Positions 37,369 to 38,012 of a DNA stretch of 38,012 bases are shown one piece after another. The DNA comes from Candidatus Bathyarchaeota archaeon (GTDB lineage: Archaea; Thermoproteota; Bathyarchaeia; Bathyarchaeales; Bathyarchaeaceae), in assembly GCA_037386325.1 (NCBI GenBank), contig JARRMB010000003.1:1-38012 (forward strand), written 5' to 3'. The position numbers and the translations under genes were made by a program. How positions within the stretch are numbered: the stretch's first letter is position 1; every line of letters starts with the position of its first letter. Below the pieces are notes generated by a model. It searched no databases. It saw only the letters and a program-made list of their open reading frames with translations, and was not told the DNA's origin.

Positions 37369-38012
37369 CCGTAATGAAAAATCAACAACACTACTATCTA
37401 TGTATGGTAAACGTAACTCAACTCCATGAAAAACACAAACTTGATTGTCTCTTTGAAAATTGTCATTATATGCATTAACAACATCATCAAACATTTTTTT
37501 CCTCACAGACTCCTCATTTGACTGAGAATATTCTGCAAGGTATCTGTTATAACCTCCAAAAAGTTCATCAGCACCCTGCCCAGCTAATAGAACAGGAAAA
37601 CCAAGTTTAGCGGTGTTTTCTGCAGTCCAATAGAAAGGAATAGCGATACTAGAACTAACAGAACTTGATTCTTCGGTTAACCATAATACTTGTTCAAGTG
37701 TTTTCTCTAACTCATCTTTAGTGTACAGTTTGAGGTATAATGGCAAATCTAATTCATTTGCAGCTTCTTGTGCAAACAGAACTTCAGGTTCATCATCTAA
37801 TCCAACAGTAACAAGTTGAACATCTAAACCAGAATACTTAGCTAAACATGCAACCACACTACTATCTATACCACCAGAAAATGCCACTGCAACTTTGTCA
37901 AGATCAGAAACTCGTTTTCTAGTAGATTCTAAAAGAAGAATTTGTAATGCTTGTGCAGCTGTCTCTAAGTTTACACGCTTGATCGGAGGCATACGCAACT
38001 CTTTGACAGAAC
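37198..38012 (-). CDS. Second, inverted asnB-like copy; 5' end outside the window, C-terminus 23 aa shorter
   Basis: 15 differences in 266 aa versus copy 1 by manual count; TAA where copy 1 has CAA. Confidence 0.7.
   Translation of the reverse strand, partial: SVKELRMPPIKRVNLETAAQALQILLLESTRKRVSDLDKVAVAFSGGIDSSVVACLAKYSGLDVQLVTVGLDDEPEVLFAQEAANELDLPLYLKLYTKDELEKTLEQVLWLTEESSSVSSSIAIPFYWTAENTAKLGFPVLLAGQGADELFGGYNRYLAEYSQSNEESVRKKMFDDVVNAYNDNFQRDNQVCVFHGVELRLPYIDSSVVDFSLRLPFHHKINSINDNLRKQILRRVAQNLDIPDFIVNKRKKAVQYTTGVTKALKQIAKN

Larger units (their letters stand above)
35991..38012. repeat. Imperfect inverted repeat of at least 812 bp (35991-36802 versus 37201-38012)
   Basis: The arms are reverse complements of equal length around a 398-bp spacer. 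Confidence 0.92.

Noticed and set aside
35991-38012. DGR-like template/variable repeat pair
   Set aside because: Substitutions include T>C, C>T, C>G and G>A, so they are not adenine-specific. The arms are too long and no reverse transcriptase is present.
1-38012. CRISPR array, tRNA/rRNA, IS element or integrase
   Set aside because: No repeat-spacer periodicity, GC-rich structural RNA or recombinase ORF was seen by eye.

Overview
AT-rich archaeal chromosomal window, probably Bathyarchaeia/TACK (inferred from gene content and frequent TTG/GTG starts). The flanks are mostly housekeeping: a beta-helix surface protein, thiL, a MetE-like enzyme, two Nudix hydrolases, a KamA-family radical SAM enzyme, moaA, htrA, rfcL/rfcS, gins-mcm-hel308, purB and an asnB-like gene. 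The centre (about 12.7-28.9 kb) is an energy/stress block. Its core is a minus-strand operon for a complex-I-like group 4 [NiFe] hydrogenase (nuoA, B, C+D+H, I, J, K, L, M, N-like genes), followed by a ferredoxin-FrhB-CBS gene and a USP gene, and divergent from an AbrB-PhoU regulator. Four things make this complex unusual. (1) The NuoL lateral helix has three extra 26-aa repeats, although only one M and one N gene are present. (2) The catalytic subunit is fused in frame to NuoH right after the DPCxxCxxR maturation site. (3) M and N lack canonical channel lysines. (4) The putative F420 module carries CBS domains. The window also holds two broken genes (GT4, USP) and ends in a diverged inverted duplicate of the asnB-like gene, so assembly artefacts need to be excluded. 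No tRNA, rRNA, CRISPR array or transposase was seen.
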